64,000 bases of DNA from Botryllus schlosseri (Eukaryota). Position numbers and translations under genes: made by a program. The DNA is taken from assembly GCA_051294905.1 (NCBI GenBank), contig CM119371.1:21640001-21704000 (forward strand). Reading direction: 5' to 3'. Positions 24,456-38,291 of the stretch are shown one piece after another. Below the pieces are notes generated by a model, which ran no database searches, was not told where the DNA came from, and saw only the letters and a program-made list of their open reading frames with translations. Within the stretch, counting starts at the first letter, position 1. The number at the start of each line of letters is the position of its first letter.

Positions 24456-25311
24456 ACTTAACGAGATCTGCCAGAGTTCATTTTCTGTTTTCCAAGTGGA
24501 GATGCTAGCTATCGCTATTTCCCCATCGTGGATAATCAATAATGGCAGTAGAATTGATAGATTCCACAATCGCCACCCCGAACCGCACACCGAGCAGAAC
24601 GTTCAATAAGATTTTTTTCTCTCTTCCTGGAGTTGGTAGGGATGATGACCGACGTTGCCTTCTCCTGGGTTCCAGGACATAGTGGCATTCCCGGCAATGA
24701 GGTTGCAGATGAACTCGCACGTTCCACCGCCTCTTTCGCATTTGACAGTCAGGGAATACTTATACCTATAGAGATGTCAAGAACGAACTACGAAAATACG
24801 TCCGGATTTAGTGGCAGATCGAGTACCGTTCAACAGAGACGGGAAACCATTACAAACGTTTCCACCAAACGGTACAAACAACGTTTCCTTCGATGCACAG
24901 ATCGAGTTTGTATGAAACGATAATATTCCGTCTCCGGTCCGGCCATTGTTGCCTAAAAGGGCATTTATTTAAAATAGGCTGCATCGACACGCCTTTGTTT
25001 GACTTATGCCTCGTACCCGAAAATGTGGATCACTTCCTCCTCGCATGCCCAAAATACGATTGGTACCGAGCATATGTGATTGATTTCTGCTTGAACTTGA
25101 AAGTTGAGTTCACCACATATAACCTTCTCGTACGACCAGAACTTCCCTCGCCTCTCGTCGAGTTCGTCCTGGCCAGCACTGTTTTGATTTGAACAAATTT
25201 TCTTTCAGGTACACGATTTGCGACAGGTAATACGACATTTCTGTCGTGGCGCACCGGACCGATAAGGTGACTAGCGCCACAATGTCCCATTTTCAAAATT
25301 AATGATAATAA
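24456..25311 (+). mobile_element. 5'-truncated I/Nimb-type LINE (RNase H + C-terminal Zn finger)
   Basis: WVPGHSGIPGNEVADELA; FRLRSGH..ENVDHFLLACPKYD; TAA-rich tail; 15-bp TSD tattaatggaagccg (24441-55, 25312-26). Confidence 0.88.
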
Positions 25312-25814
25312 TATTAATGGAAGCCGTCTACAAATCTAGCCGTTTAGTGCGTAGTGCAATGGCAAACAAGGAATATATCTACCCGAGTAGTCAAAATGAA
25401 TGAAAAGACCGAATTTTGATCCAACAAGATGTGAGAAAATAACGAACTGGCCGGCAATGAAGAATTGTTGTGGCCGGCCATGAACCTGGTTTCTCGTGGC
25501 CGACCATGAGATATATGTGGCCAGAAGTGGCCACGGAAATGCTGAGACCCCTACCGAGTCTATTTGCGATGTGCTACATCTTCGCCTTTGCTAATTGTTA
25601 TTAGTTTCCTTTGTCCTTAATCCCAATTGTTATCAGTCCACTCTCAAATATTTGGGAGTCAATTCGTAAATTCAATTTGTATATTGACTGCCGTCAACAC
25701 GTCCTAGTCGCATATTACTTTTACACCCGGTATTGGCCACCCCTTTACAGAAGAATCTATATTGGGATCAGCTAAACACGGTGAGCTACTTGCAGAAAAA
25801 CTGCATCTTCTTAA

Positions 25815-26844
25815 CCCTAGAATGCATACACGGAGAAACTTACGCTAATGCATAACAGCGGTCATTTTGACCCGTATTGCTATTACATGCAATTGTACTA
25901 TAAGGATATGGAATATTTTTTTCTTGTGCCTTCCTAAGATCTTCCGTTAGTGTAATGATGATATATCTAGAGTTTTTGCTGCATTTTAATTGAACAACCG
26001 GCGACAAACAGTATCAAGAAGTCGGTGATAAAATGAAAGAAAAGTCCAGGTAATACTACAAAAACCAGCCTGATTCATTCACTGTACTTATTTCCTGTGA
26101 TCATAAGCACACTGTATTCTGGGCATATGGGTCTGCAACATTTGGAGAAACATTTTGCAAGTTTCTTATTCTTTGCGTTTGGAGATAAATAAGGAACACC
26201 GCTTTCTCTTCTGCAACGTGTTTGCTGTTTGCAGGGATGAACTTCAACAAGTTACGTCACACTAACTACAGCTTCTTTTGCGGCTCTGTGGTGTTTTATT
26301 GTTTGTCTTTTCATCATTTGGGGCAAAATGAGGCAGTTACAAAGATACGAATGAAACCTCGTTGCTTTGAACCTGGTCCACTCTAATAATCAGGTTATAC
26401 TTGTGTGAATATGGATTATACTTGTCTGATTATGGTATATGCATATAGACCTGCGATGCCGAGCAGATTGTAAATAAGAACTAGATGCCATCGGCAGGAT
26501 TGTCGTTTGCAGGTATATGTTTGAACCATTGGGTCAATCAAGTCAACAATCTTTGTCTGGTTATAAAATCTGATAATCTCAGGCCTCTTTTTTCCAGGTA
26601 TTTTTCTATTTCAATTTGCTGTGGGTCAAAATGACCCCTGTTATGCATTCTTGGGATATTTAGTGAAAAATGCATTTTTCCTGTCAAAGGTAATATTTTA
26701 CAGAACAACTTTTTCCTCATCATGTATAGGTATAAAAGACTAACAAAGCCAAGAAATTTCAGGACTCAATTCCCAATATGTGTTCAGCGGTCATGATGAA
26801 TAGCCACGTCTGGGTCATTTTGACCCCTGTTATGCATTCTAGGG
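25815..26844 (-). mobile_element. piggyBac deletion derivative
   Basis: TTAA TSD; TIR ccctagaatgcata; subterminal ggtcattttgaccc; Cys-rich C-terminal remnant (KRKRC..CSKCCRPICPEYS) near 26110-26220. Confidence 0.92.
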
Positions 26845-27414
26845 TTAAAGCTTGATATTTTTGGGATGCCGACGTCGTTTTCTAAGCGTCTTGGTCTTGG
26901 TTACGCTGGGCCATTGCACGTCCAGGCAATATGCTCATTCATATAAGCAAATTCTTCCTCCATGGAATGATATTCACAACGCCGAAGTAGTGAATTGGAC
27001 ACAGGAGAATAGCTTACTTTTAACAACAACAACAATATGTGTAAACTGAAATCAATTTCAACATTTCAAAATGCATTACTTAGCGTTCTTCCAAATTTCA
27101 AATCAGGTCACGGGCCGCAAAATATGACCTCGCGGGGAGCATGCGGCCTGCGGGATGCATGTTGGTGACCCCTGTTGTATAAGCCAAGGTGATTGTCTGA
27201 TTAAAAGACTACTCAAGTCATTCCGGCCCATCATATCGTCTGATTTTATATTAAAATATTAAAATTATGATGATGCCGTCGGTGCTGTCTTGCATGGAGC
27301 CTATGTATAGTCATGTATAATCCGCAATATAGTGGATACTATTGGACCGCGTGCGACCCAAGTTGAGTTTGTCCCCCCTGGTTTAGTCACTTTAGTGATC
27401 GACTCGATCTAGGT

Positions 27415-28774
27415 CACTGGTTTCCAACTTTTTTCCACCCACGTACCAATACCAGGTTTTATGCAGTGCTCGGGTACCACACCTAAAAAAGTTACGCGTG
27501 CAAAAGGCAGTCAAAAATCGTTATCGGTATTGTCGCAACACAGTCTGGGGCGCTAATCGCCTTTTCCAGGCTATGTCGCCACGACAAGAATTTATTGTAA
27601 TATACATTTCTTTGAGTTCGTAATCTTTGGTGACGGCCTTTTCATTCTTGCTTCCAGTCAATTTCAGGCTCTCTCGCTTCCATTCCAATTTTTATCCTCT
27701 CTCTGCCCATGTAATCGAATTTTCAGGTGGAGTTGGGCGAGGTGTGTTGGAAAAGGTAGGATTTGTAAATATTATAATAAAACATCTTGTCAAGAACGAA
27801 ATAGCACTTCGTCAGACCACACAAAAGATCTGGGATCTTCGGCTACCATATAGCGTGATAAACCTACCCCCATCACCTTGTGAGCTTTTGCAACGAAATC
27901 AGTTATATTGCTTAGAGGGCCAGTCCCACGCGCGTAAATTTTCGAAAATTCATGATAAAATCGGTGAATAAGATTGGCAATTGCATGTATATTGTGATCA
28001 AGTTCTCGTCCTCTTCGTTCACGTAATCAGATTTACCGGTAGAGCTGTGTGGGGTGTCTTGGAAACTGTAGGGCCCGTTGGTATGCCTCCTTAACATGAT
28101 GTTATTTCGTGACTTCCTGTCTGCTATATAAAAAATAAAGAATCGCCATGATATGTAGGCTACGAAACTAAAAGACGCACACGATTTCAAATTGGAATTT
28201 CTTCACTGACATATAATTTTTTCCTGCGGGATGGTATTTGTCTAGTGAGGTTCAGATTGGCAAGACAATATTTGGTATAGGCCTATATAACAAAGTTTCC
28301 GTCAGCATTAGGGTAGTCCATTTTAGCCAAGGTATTCTCGCTGCCGATCGTTCTGGCACACTTCTTGGAGTTGCATGTTACATGATATACTTTATATGTC
28401 TTGGTGCGTCTTGGCGCGGTAATGGCCAACGCCGATATGCCCATTCCTATAAATCTTACGTAGTTTTTCTTGGGGGAAGAGTACCCCCAAATTAAGATAA
28501 TTGGCAATTTAAAATCTCGCGTAGCGCAAAAAAATTGTGAAAAAGTTGCATGAATTTTCAAAAAATACCCTATAATTTATGCTAATTCACGAAATAATTT
28601 TGGGCCCCCCAATCGTGGGGTTTAGGGTGCGGCAGGTACGGGCCTGACCTTACCACGTATACGACGGCTTCAAAAATCTCAAAATCAACCTCAGCTCAAC
28701 TATAGTCAGTCCCGTCAGAATCTACCCGTGTACCACCTGGCAGACCTTCGCGTACCACAGGTTTGGAAACACTA
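27415..28774. mobile_element. Old hAT-Charlie-type MITE
   Basis: cactggtttccaac/gtttggaaacacta; cgtaccac subterminal repeats; degenerate TSD atctaggt/ctctagat. Confidence 0.65.
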
Positions 28775-29842
28775 CTCTAGATCCTCATTCAGGGTTGTAA
28801 GAAGGGTTGCGCACAATGATGTGAGCACTCGAATCTGAATCGAGTAATAATTCTAGTGATTCGAGTCACGTAGTAAAATGCGATTTTTTTGATTACTGGA
28901 GATGCACGCTCCTCGCAGTATGGTAAAAATACCAAAGTACCTTCAATTCAATTTGATGGCGAACAGACTTCATATACCTGTGGGCGCCTAAAAAGGTACG
29001 TATTCGAACTTTGATATCTTGAATAATGTTATAACTTAATGACGAGTGATATTCGAATGTTTGAATCGAGGGATAATGCATGATTTAAAACTCATGTATT
29101 CGATTTTCCCCGGCCGTAGTTGTAAATAAGTTACAAAGTTCGAAATCCAATCCGACTTTTAAGTCGAGTTACAAAATAATCACGACTCGAGTTGAGTCAT
29201 GCGTTCAGTTATTGCACCCTGTCTTCATTTCCTTTAGAAAGTATACAGTTTTGCTTTTCTGAATTGTACATTGCACTGCATTTGTGATTACTTTAACACA
29301 TAAACATCGCATTTCGAATGTCACAGTTGCCTGTTCTAATTGGTTTTGGTAATTGGTGTAAGAGCAAACAGTTGCATCTACACATTTCATCTATAGCATA
29401 TACGCTAGTCTTGTAACATGCCTGATGTATTAGTCGGACTGCTATAGGCGGGGATCTGGGAACAGTTTGGCCCTAGCCCCCTCGACAAGGACTGGATATG
29501 ACCATGCAACCACCGTTTCACAATGTTGATTTCACATGACTTTTACTCGAAACGAAGCAGTCAACACAATGACGTGGAATGGGACTCGAGTCACAACACT
29601 GTGATGCGGACCCAAGATTCAGTCGTTTCAACATTTCCCATTTTGAATGCGATTTGTTTTATGAACTTATGCATCTGATAACATGTTTGTCGTCGCTAAG
29701 ACCCTTGAAGTTCTTGAATCGAGTAGGGAGGAGTATAGACAAAATCTAAATATTAGCTTCAAGCTTTTTCGCAACACCCAAGCAAGTGCAAAATACTGAT
29801 CGGATCAACGAACATAGAATAGTATCGCGAAGAGGTTCTAAC

Positions 29843-30330
29843 CAGACATGGGGTGATTACTTCATGAATGTAATCGATTGCGATTACGATTACTTCTGAA
29901 TGACGCGATTACGATTACGATTACAGCAAAATCAGGAAGTAGTCGATTACGATTACGATTACATTGGAAAAGTAATCACGATTACTCACGATTACATTTA
30001 TTTTGCATCTTAGAAGTTATATTGGAAGACAATATATGGATTGCGCTGAAAGGCCTGATGAGATAACAAACTTTCTTTAATAAAGATGCGTCATTTTCTT
30101 GTTACGTCATAATGTACCAATTGCCCATTTTTATGAAGGACGATTTATCGCACCCAACGATTTATATTCTTGCCTAATCCCTGACTGCCGCACCCCAAAT
30201 TTCCCAATTGGGGGGAACGAGCACGAACGGTACTCAAAAGTATTTCGTAAACCAACATAACTTATAGAGTATTTTAGAGAGATTTTATTAAGTTGAAAAT
30301 TCTTTCTAGATAGCTTGATTTTGAAATGCA
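29843..30330 (-). mobile_element. Right end of the (GTAATC)n hAT family, inverted and truncated
   Basis: Reverse complement of 22853-23138 joined to 17190-17392. Confidence 0.85.
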
Positions 30331-30526
30331 TACATGTCCCCTCCAAGAAAGAAAGCATACATAAGTTATAGTAGGGTAGCATTTAAAACAAATAGTTGTT
30401 TAAAACACTCTGTTTGAAACATATAGGTAGGTAGGTAGGTATGAGGGGGGTAGTGGGGCTTAGCTACTCGGCTTTTTGCCCCAGGACGATATCTGGTGAT
30501 AAATACTCCCGTACTATCTGAAGGAA

Positions 30527-33500
30527 TTACAATTCTTTATATATCTCTGCCACTTGAAATGGTGAATTCGATGACCGGCCATATAGTATGTGCGTCTGTG
30601 AGTAGGGACCGGGCGTTAGGGGTACTCTGTTTTGGTCAGCAGTCTGAATTAGATCGATCCTGGCACGGTCATATTTAGGGCAATGGAGGAGGAAATGCTC
30701 GACGGTTTCTTTGATCCCGCATGCATCACAAAGGCCATTTTGATGACATTTAATTCTGTGTAGATGACCGTTCAGCCTAGAGTGACCAGTCTGCAGTCTA
30801 ATTAGGATTCCAGATTCCCTGCGTGACAAATCTATAATTGGGTTAATGTCCCTGATATCTCCAATAATTTTTCTATATTGCGAGTCGTCGTCATGGGCAT
30901 TCATGTGGTCGATCCACTTTTTCCGACATATATCGGCAATGTGGGATTTCATTTCCTTCATAGTAATTTTTTGCTGAAGGTTTGGATCTCGCACGAGTGG
31001 CATCAGTGCTGCTCTTCGTGCGATTTCGTCGGCTTTTTCGTTGCCGCGGATACCTTTATGGCCAGGGATCCAGGCCAAAACAATTTCTATCCCTAGTGCA
31101 TGTAAATCCGATCCTAGGAGGAGGATATCGGCCATGAGTTCATTGTCCGGAGAGCAATTTCGAATCGCCACCAGACTACTCTGGCTGTCCGACAAAATAG
31201 CCACACGGCTTTCAGGCGTACCATTGCGTTTGACCCATTCTAAACTATTCCGAATGGCGTTCAATTCTGTCGAGAGTACGGATAAGTGACCGTCGAGGGT
31301 GTAGCTGTAACAGTCGTCTCTGTTCTCAACGAAGAAACATGAACCACAGCCCGATGCGTTTTTCGAGCCATCGGTGTAAATTCTGGTGCTCCCCACATAA
31401 TGCTCGTGTATGTATTCTTCGGTGATTTGTTTTGCAAAAGTGGGATGGATATCTCTGGATATTAACGTAGCTAGGCGTAAGTCTACGCCGATCTTGGGCT
31501 GTGACCATGGTGGCAACGGAGGCTGTTCGTAATTTTGGACGATTGGGTCTTCAAACATGTCCGGTCCTGTTAACATGTTGAAGGTTCGGAATGAGTCGTT
31601 GCCGGGAAAAATTTCGTGCCATGAGCCAGTTATTAAGTCTTTGTGGGGGTGGTTCACATTTGCCATTATCCTGACACGAAAGTTGAGACAGAGTTGCAAG
31701 TGTCGCAACCATATGGGAGGCTCCCCATTTGAATGTTGCAATGCGTGTATTGGCGTAGGCTACTCCTCATACCTCCGCAACAAATGCGAAGCGCTTTATT
31801 CTGAATTTTCTGTATTTTATCAATGACGTATTTTGGGGAGAGTAGGTATGCTTCGGAACCATAGTCGATTATTGATCGTATGGTAGATCTGTATAGCGTC
31901 AATAAGCTCGATCTCGAGGCGCCCCAAGATGTCCCTGATAGAAGACGTAACAGGTTCATCCGTTTACTACATCTCTCAGTCACTGCGCGAGCGTGACTCC
32001 GATAGTTCAATCGATAATCGAATAGGATTCCCAGGTACTTGAATTCCTTTACGACTGGCAAAATGGGATTGCCCAGACTAAGACGAATCGTGGGGACTTT
32101 GCGGCACCTCGTAAAAACTATGGCTGCAGATTTGGATATATTGATTTTGAAACCCCATTGCTCGGACCATTTCCTGATTGTATCGAGAGAATCCTGAATA
32201 TCTTTCTGTACATTGTTTATGACCAAATTAGAATCCCATATGCAGACATCGTCGGCAAACAAATTGATGTTCGTTTTAATTTTGTCAGGAAGGTCGTCCA
32301 TCATTATTGAGAAAGGAAGAGGACTAATAACACTTCCCTGCACGATTCCATTCGCAAGTTCATGCACGTCCGATAATGTGTTGCCAATGCGAACTTGGAA
32401 CGTCCTATGTGCCATGAAAGAGTGTAAACCAATGGAGAATATTACCTCCAAGACCGAGACGTTGAAGCTTGAGAATGACTCCGTTTCTCCATACCATGTT
32501 GTATGCCTTTTCTATATCTAAGAAAACTGCTATGGCATACCGCTTGGTCCAAATGGCTTTATATACATGGTCATGTAACGCGAGAATACAGTCGTTTGTG
32601 GACCTATGTCGACGAAACCCACTCTGATGGTGGTTCAACAAATTGTTTTCAGTGAGCCACCATTCTAAACGATTTGCAACCATCCGCTCCATTGTTTTAC
32701 ACATGTTGCTGGTGAGTGAGATAGGACGATACGAGGATGTCTTGGTTTCATCTTTACCTTGCTTAAGTATGGGCACAACAATTGAATGCTGCCACGATTC
32801 GGGACAAGAGCCAACTGCCCAAATGTTATTGATGGCTGTTATCATGACCAACTGACTTTCCTCGTCCAGGTGCTGCAGCATCTGATAGCAGATTCTGTCC
32901 GCTCCCGGAGAAGTGCTTTTGCGGTTATTTATTGCACGTTTCATTTCTACCATATTGAATGGCGCGTTCACTCAGAGTGTTTGGGTATTATTTTCAACAG
33001 GGGGCAACGAAAGATTGGTTTCCATTAAAGTTCGCCGGTGTAGGAATAGACAATCTAAATTATTGTTGCTGCTGATTTCAGCAAAACTATTTGCGAGAGC
33101 ATTGTCCTTGCTGTCAGTCAGATGGTTGTCAAGATGATTGAGTACACGGATCTGGTTCCAGGATCTGCTGCAACCGTTAATCGATCGCACGACACGCCAC
33201 ACTTGGCACAACTTAGAATTGTGATCAAGAGAACTACAGAAGTTATCCCAGTAGGACTTTTTGGCTGAAAGTATGATTTTTCTAGCGTCTGCTCGCCTCT
33301 GTTTAAAGACTAAGATATCTTCCATTCTGAAGGATCGCTTCAATTTGCAGAAGGCCGCCCGTTTCCGGCGAACCGCCCTGGAGCAACTCTCGTTCCACCA
33401 TGGGACAGAACTCTTTCCTTCGATAGGTTTCGTGAGGGGTATGCTTTCGGTCGCGGCTTTGATTATCGAGTTGCTGATCTTTTCTATAGTAATCTCGTCT

Positions 33501-36289
33501 AGATTTTTAAAGTATTGCGAACATAGCTTTTGAAAGACGTTCCAGTTGGCTTTCTTGAAGGACCAAGATCGGTAATGGAAATCATCCCCTTGACTGGATA
33601 ACTGCAAGTCGTTCATAACAACAAAATGGTCGCTCCCCAATAGTTCGTCCGTCACCGAGGTAACAATCTTCGGGGCGATATCTCTGGATGCAATGCATAG
33701 GTCTAAAAGTGAAGTCCGTGTGATACTCGGTACGGAAATATCAATACGTGTTGGCATTGTTGTATTGATAACAACCAAGTCATTATCGTCTATTATTGAG
33801 TGAAGATGACGACCATTCGTATTGATGGCGCCCAGGGTTGTAACCAAGTCACATGGTTCCGAGTCACGAGTCAATCTTACTTTTGTGATTTTGACTCGAG
33901 TCAAGTCGAGTCATTTTCAATACCTCACCGAGTCGAGTCCGAGTCCAAGTCACCGTTTAAGGGGTCAAGTCCGAGTCATAGTGTTATGACTCGAGTCCGA
34001 GTCCAAGTCACAGTATTCAAGTCGTGTTCAACTTATGTTTTCAATCCTGCTTGGGTGATATCGGATTCCTTGCTTGACAAATATGCTTATTTTGTCCCTA
34101 TCAGAGTCTTTTGGCACATGTTTATTTAGGCATATAATGAAAACTTCCTGGCCTCATTTACCGATGCCACAGATAGACGAGACAGGCCGCCAATATGATA
34201 ACTTTACTAATTGTAGAACTTTAAATCAAATATCTGTCTTGTCAGTCTGATAACTCACAAATACAAGCATTTAGTTTTGGTTACGAGCACAACGACAACA
34301 GCTCACAAACAGCTTATAGACAACCAACGAATTCACTTCTACATATTATATGATAGAGAACCTACGAATTCACGTCTAGATACCAGCTGATAGAGAATCA
34401 AAAGATCACGTTTATGTAGACTGTAGATGTACAGTTTTTTTTCACATTATCAGGTGGTTGACTAAAAAAAGTTCAACTTTCCTGCTCAGCTCCCGAAATA
34501 GCCGCTGGAGCGTTACTTCAGTGCTGATTTAAATGAGGCCACTTCTTAAAATTGTTAGATTGCCTAAAAGAACTTACATTTGGCTCAATTCTAACCAGTA
34601 AAAAGCATTGCTATGACAGAAAATTTTGGACGAATTACAAATAGAGACTTTCGAATTTTACGGGCTACCTCATGATATTGTTAGATTGTGTAAAAATATG
34701 ATTCATAGCAAATTTGGCTCAATTCCAACTAGAAGAAGCGAGGTTATTAGAGTGGAATATTTTAGATATGAAAAAATAGTCGGCTTACTACTAGTATGTC
34801 ATTATATTATATGAAAGAATTTCTCACTAAAAATACTTCATTTATTTTCAAACCCAAAATTTCCTCCTCTCATATCATTGATTCTACTTTTTAAAATGAA
34901 GCCATATTCAGTGTTGTTTTTATGCAACATAACAATTTTATCAAGTAGCCACCCAGTAGGATAAAAAAGAAGTTATTTTGAACTCCGTATTGTACAAACA
35001 CCACAAAACATTAGCCATTCATTATTACTCACGTGGACAATGCACATACCTAACAAAACGTCAAATGGACTGTGTGTTTTCACAGACAGCAGATAAAATC
35101 ATTGAGTTACACTTCAAAAATACTAGTGGAAAGGAGGTCCTCAGATATGATAAAGTGGCATGGCCTTAGAATAAATCCACATCTACTGAATACACCTTCC
35201 ACTGGTGCACTAGATGCAGGAATGGACAAGCAGTTTCGAACCACACCGCAGAGCATTGGATAGTCATTCTTTCTAGTCGCCCAAAAATGCAAAGAATCAG
35301 CGCCTTCAAATCTTCACATGAACTTACAGGGATATCCCTGACGAGCTTATCAGTATCTTCCAAGTAGGCCTACTTGACCATCTGAGTCATTTCATTGGCT
35401 GTAATCGAACTTTGCTTCGATTTTTTGCTTGTATAATTAAAAAGTCTTGTGTACTTTTATTGCAGAGGATCTATTACCTCTTTATCGCTGGATGATTTTG
35501 TTCAATGCACTGCTACTATGTACCATTGTCTGTTGTTTTTACGGCGACATATCTGATATCAGACGAGTGCAACGAGAGCATTGGTAACAAATAGCGATGT
35601 CGGCAGAATTCGTCAGATGCGTTGATCTAACCATTAGCATTCGCAAATTTCTTCATCTTCCAATCATATAAAATAAGTCGAGTCAATGACTTGTGTCGAG
35701 TCATACGTAATGACTCGAGTACAAGTCGAGTCAATTCAAATATTGACTCGAGTCAAGTCGAGTCATTTCCCCATTTAAAGAAAATGACTCGAGTCAAGTC
35801 GAGTCACAAAAAATCGTGACTCGAGTCTGACTCGACTCGAGTCATGACTCGAGTCATTACAACCCTGATGGCGCCACTGCTCCATATTGGATGGTGAGAA
35901 TTGAAGTCACCCAAAAGGATCGTTCTCGAGTTGCACTGCGCAAAGCATCGCTCGAAGAGAGCGTGTGAAATTGCTTGATTCGGTGGGATGTACACGTTCA
36001 TTATTTTCAAATCGTGCAATTTGATAATATGGGCCTCTATAGGATAAATGTTGTCTACGGGGACTTCGAAGAAAGACAGGTCTTGTCTGGCAAAGATACA
36101 GACACCACCTCCGTGCTGTCGCGATTTTTTATAATAAATTTGTAATTCGCAATTCTGGGCGTGTACTTATCGATCAAGTGCGTTTCCTGCAGAGCAATGA
36201 TGTCGGGCATTTTGTCAAGATTTTCCAAGTAGGCCTAATATTTCAATTCGTGGATTTTCCGGTATATCCCTCTACAGTTCCATTGCATG
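30527..36289 (-). pseudogene. LINE ORF2 (EN-RT-RNase H), frameshifted and split by a hAT
   Basis: ORF pieces 35804-36019, 32972-33904, 32405-32971, 31666-32451 and 30527-31741. Confidence 0.9.
33833..35867 (-). mobile_element. hAT deletion derivative with GACTCGAGTC subterminal repeats
   Basis: TIR cagggttgtaa; TSD atggcgcc (33825-32, 35868-75); dimerization domain FWATRKNDYPML..SIPASSAPVEGVFS (35107-35292). Confidence 0.93.
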
Positions 36290-36480
36290 ATTCTTATCGG
36301 CATTGTGTTCCGTTACTCGATACATTGGAGTCAGTAATAGATAAACTATTGTGAGTTGCCATGGCGCTCGGGTTGGTAATAGAGGCAATAGATGGTGTCG
36401 TCAAGGTGGAGCCATGTGGCTCAAACCGTTGCACGTCAGAGATGGAGATGACCGGTTCTACATTCGAAACTATGGTAGGC

Positions 36481-37314
36481 CTATTTGGTGTAGTTATTCT
36501 CCGCAAATGAAAGCAGGGTATTTTTGATCACTTCTGCAATGAAGGTGAAGAAGGATTCGGTTGGGATCGTTATGTTACCATTGATTTGGGCAAGGCATGT
36601 AGAGCTCTGTGATTTACTGTGCATGGGGATGGCGTTCAATTCCGCAACGGGCTTCGACGCTCGTTCTGTAGGTGTATGCGCCTCTGTGTTCAGACGTACA
36701 GAGCTTCCTGATCGTGTCTGAGCAACTACCGCTTCTTTAGAAGCGGTGTTCTGTTCTTCCAATTTACGCACGTCCCAATAATTAAACTTATCATTAGCCA
36801 TAATAGATTGAATTCGCGCCTCTTTCTTAAACCGGGAGCATCCCGCATATCCCGCGGAGTGGGATAAGCCACAATTGACACATTGTTGTTCATTATTACA
36901 ATTGTCGTATGTATGTCTGTTTCCACATTTCGTACATCTCTGTGCGTTCCTGCAATACTTAGCTTTGTGCCCGAAACGGTTACAATTGAAACACCGAGTG
37001 GGTGGCGGATTATAGACCCTGGTCCGGAATCGAAGAAAACCTATTTGCACCACAGTTGGTAGAGTGGGAGACGCAAAAAATAAGAGAACAGAGGTACTCT
37101 TCGTTAGGCCTTTAACACCACGATACGGAAAGCGACGCACGAACGTGACACGAGAGTTTTCAAGAGCTTCAAGTATTTCCTGGTCGGATAGATCGATAGG
37201 AACATCCGATATGACGCCCCGACTTTCCAATGGTTTACTACGATATAGCTCTGCCTTGATTTCTATTTTAATTTTCCCCTCACCAAGATCGGTGCACGCC
37301 AAGAGTTTCGTCAC
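36481..37314 (-). CDS. LINE ORF1 (gag-like nucleic-acid-binding protein), N-terminally truncated
   Basis: YNPPPTRCFNCNRFGHKAKYC..RCTKCGNRH..CVNCGLSH. Confidence 0.88.
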   Translation of the reverse strand: MTKLLACTDLGEGKIKIEIKAELYRSKPLESRGVISDVPIDLSDQEILEALENSRVTFVRRFPYRGVKGLTKSTSVLLFFASPTLPTVVQIGFLRFRTRVYNPPPTRCFNCNRFGHKAKYCRNAQRCTKCGNRHTYDNCNNEQQCVNCGLSHSAGYAGCSRFKKEARIQSIMANDKFNYWDVRKLEEQNTASKEAVVAQTRSGSSVRLNTEAHTPTERASKPVAELNAIPMHSKSQSSTCLAQINGNITIPTESFFTFIAEVIKNTLLSFAENNYTK

Positions 37315-37519
37315 CTGATTTGAGTTAGAACAAACTACACAAAGGTTTCCCGAGGGAAGGACCTTAAAAGAGGACGTATGGTAAGCCTACCATATATTGA
37401 TATTCCATATGAGCGTTTGGCATACTAAAATCAAGTTTGACGAAAATATTCCATTGCGGTCTGCTAACTAAATGTTGAGATAGGAATTTGGGTATCAGTG
37501 GACAAAGTTCCATCTAAAT

Positions 37520-38291
37520 CAGTGGTTCCCAACGTGGGCGATATCGCCCCCCAGGGGGCGATTTGTCGGTCCAGGGGGGCGAAAATAGCCAAGGGGGCGA
37601 TAGGGGGGCGAAAACGGAAGAAGGGGGCGATAGAGGGGCGATGGCGCGTTGAAATGGCTGTGTTGGCGTCCATGACCGTAGCTGCCACACCCAAACCACC
37701 AATTGGGATGGGGGTCCAAGCTCGAAGGGGCCCACAATTTCTTCGTGAATTAACATTAATTATAGGCAACTTTTCAAAAAAATTTCCCGCTGCGCGCCAT
37801 TTCGTGGTCACGTGTTTCTAGCTTATTGGATACCCTTCCTCCAAGAAATAATGCGCATGAGTTGTAAAAATGGTCATCTCGGCGTCAGCCAGTATCACAC
37901 CATGACGCACCAAGACATATGAAGTTTCAGGTCATGTAACATGCGACTCCGAGAAGTGTGCTAGAACGAGAAAACCTTGGCGGGTGCAGAAGTTTGCTTT
38001 ATCGCCCTATGGAGGGGGGGCTATACCAGCGTACAGGGGAGGGGGCTGACGAAGTGCTGTTACGGTCTTTTTGAATCAAGCCGGAGAAATCAACTTTTTT
38101 GTTAGTCAACCCAAATTTAGCTGGGAAAGTTTATTTTCGAAGTCGAGCCGAAAAGTTGACCTTTTTTCTTAGTCGACTCGCCGTTGATTTCAGTCTGTAT
38201 GCCCATTTTTCGGTTCCCAATATTTGGGGGGCGATGATCGGTGTGGAGTTTGAAAAGGGGGCGATGAGTCGAAAAAGGTTGGGAACCACTG
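37520..38291. mobile_element. hAT-Charlie-type MITE
   Basis: TIR cagtggttcccaac; TSD atctaaat (37512-19, 38292-99); ggggcga repeats. Confidence 0.93.

Larger units (their letters stand above)
30423..37375 (-). mobile_element. Near-full-length I/Nimb-type LINE with (TACC)n tail, decayed
   Basis: ORF1 with three CCHC knuckles; ORF2 APE (MQWNCRG, LQETH, GDFNSHH, GSDH), RT (QGSVISP, LFADD), RNase H (YTDGS, SDSQS, GNEKAD) and Zn finger. Confidence 0.93.

Noticed and set aside
35680..35860. Dense GACTCGAGTC palindromes as a regulatory array
   Set aside because: They are subterminal transposase-binding-type repeats of the 33833-35867 hAT family.
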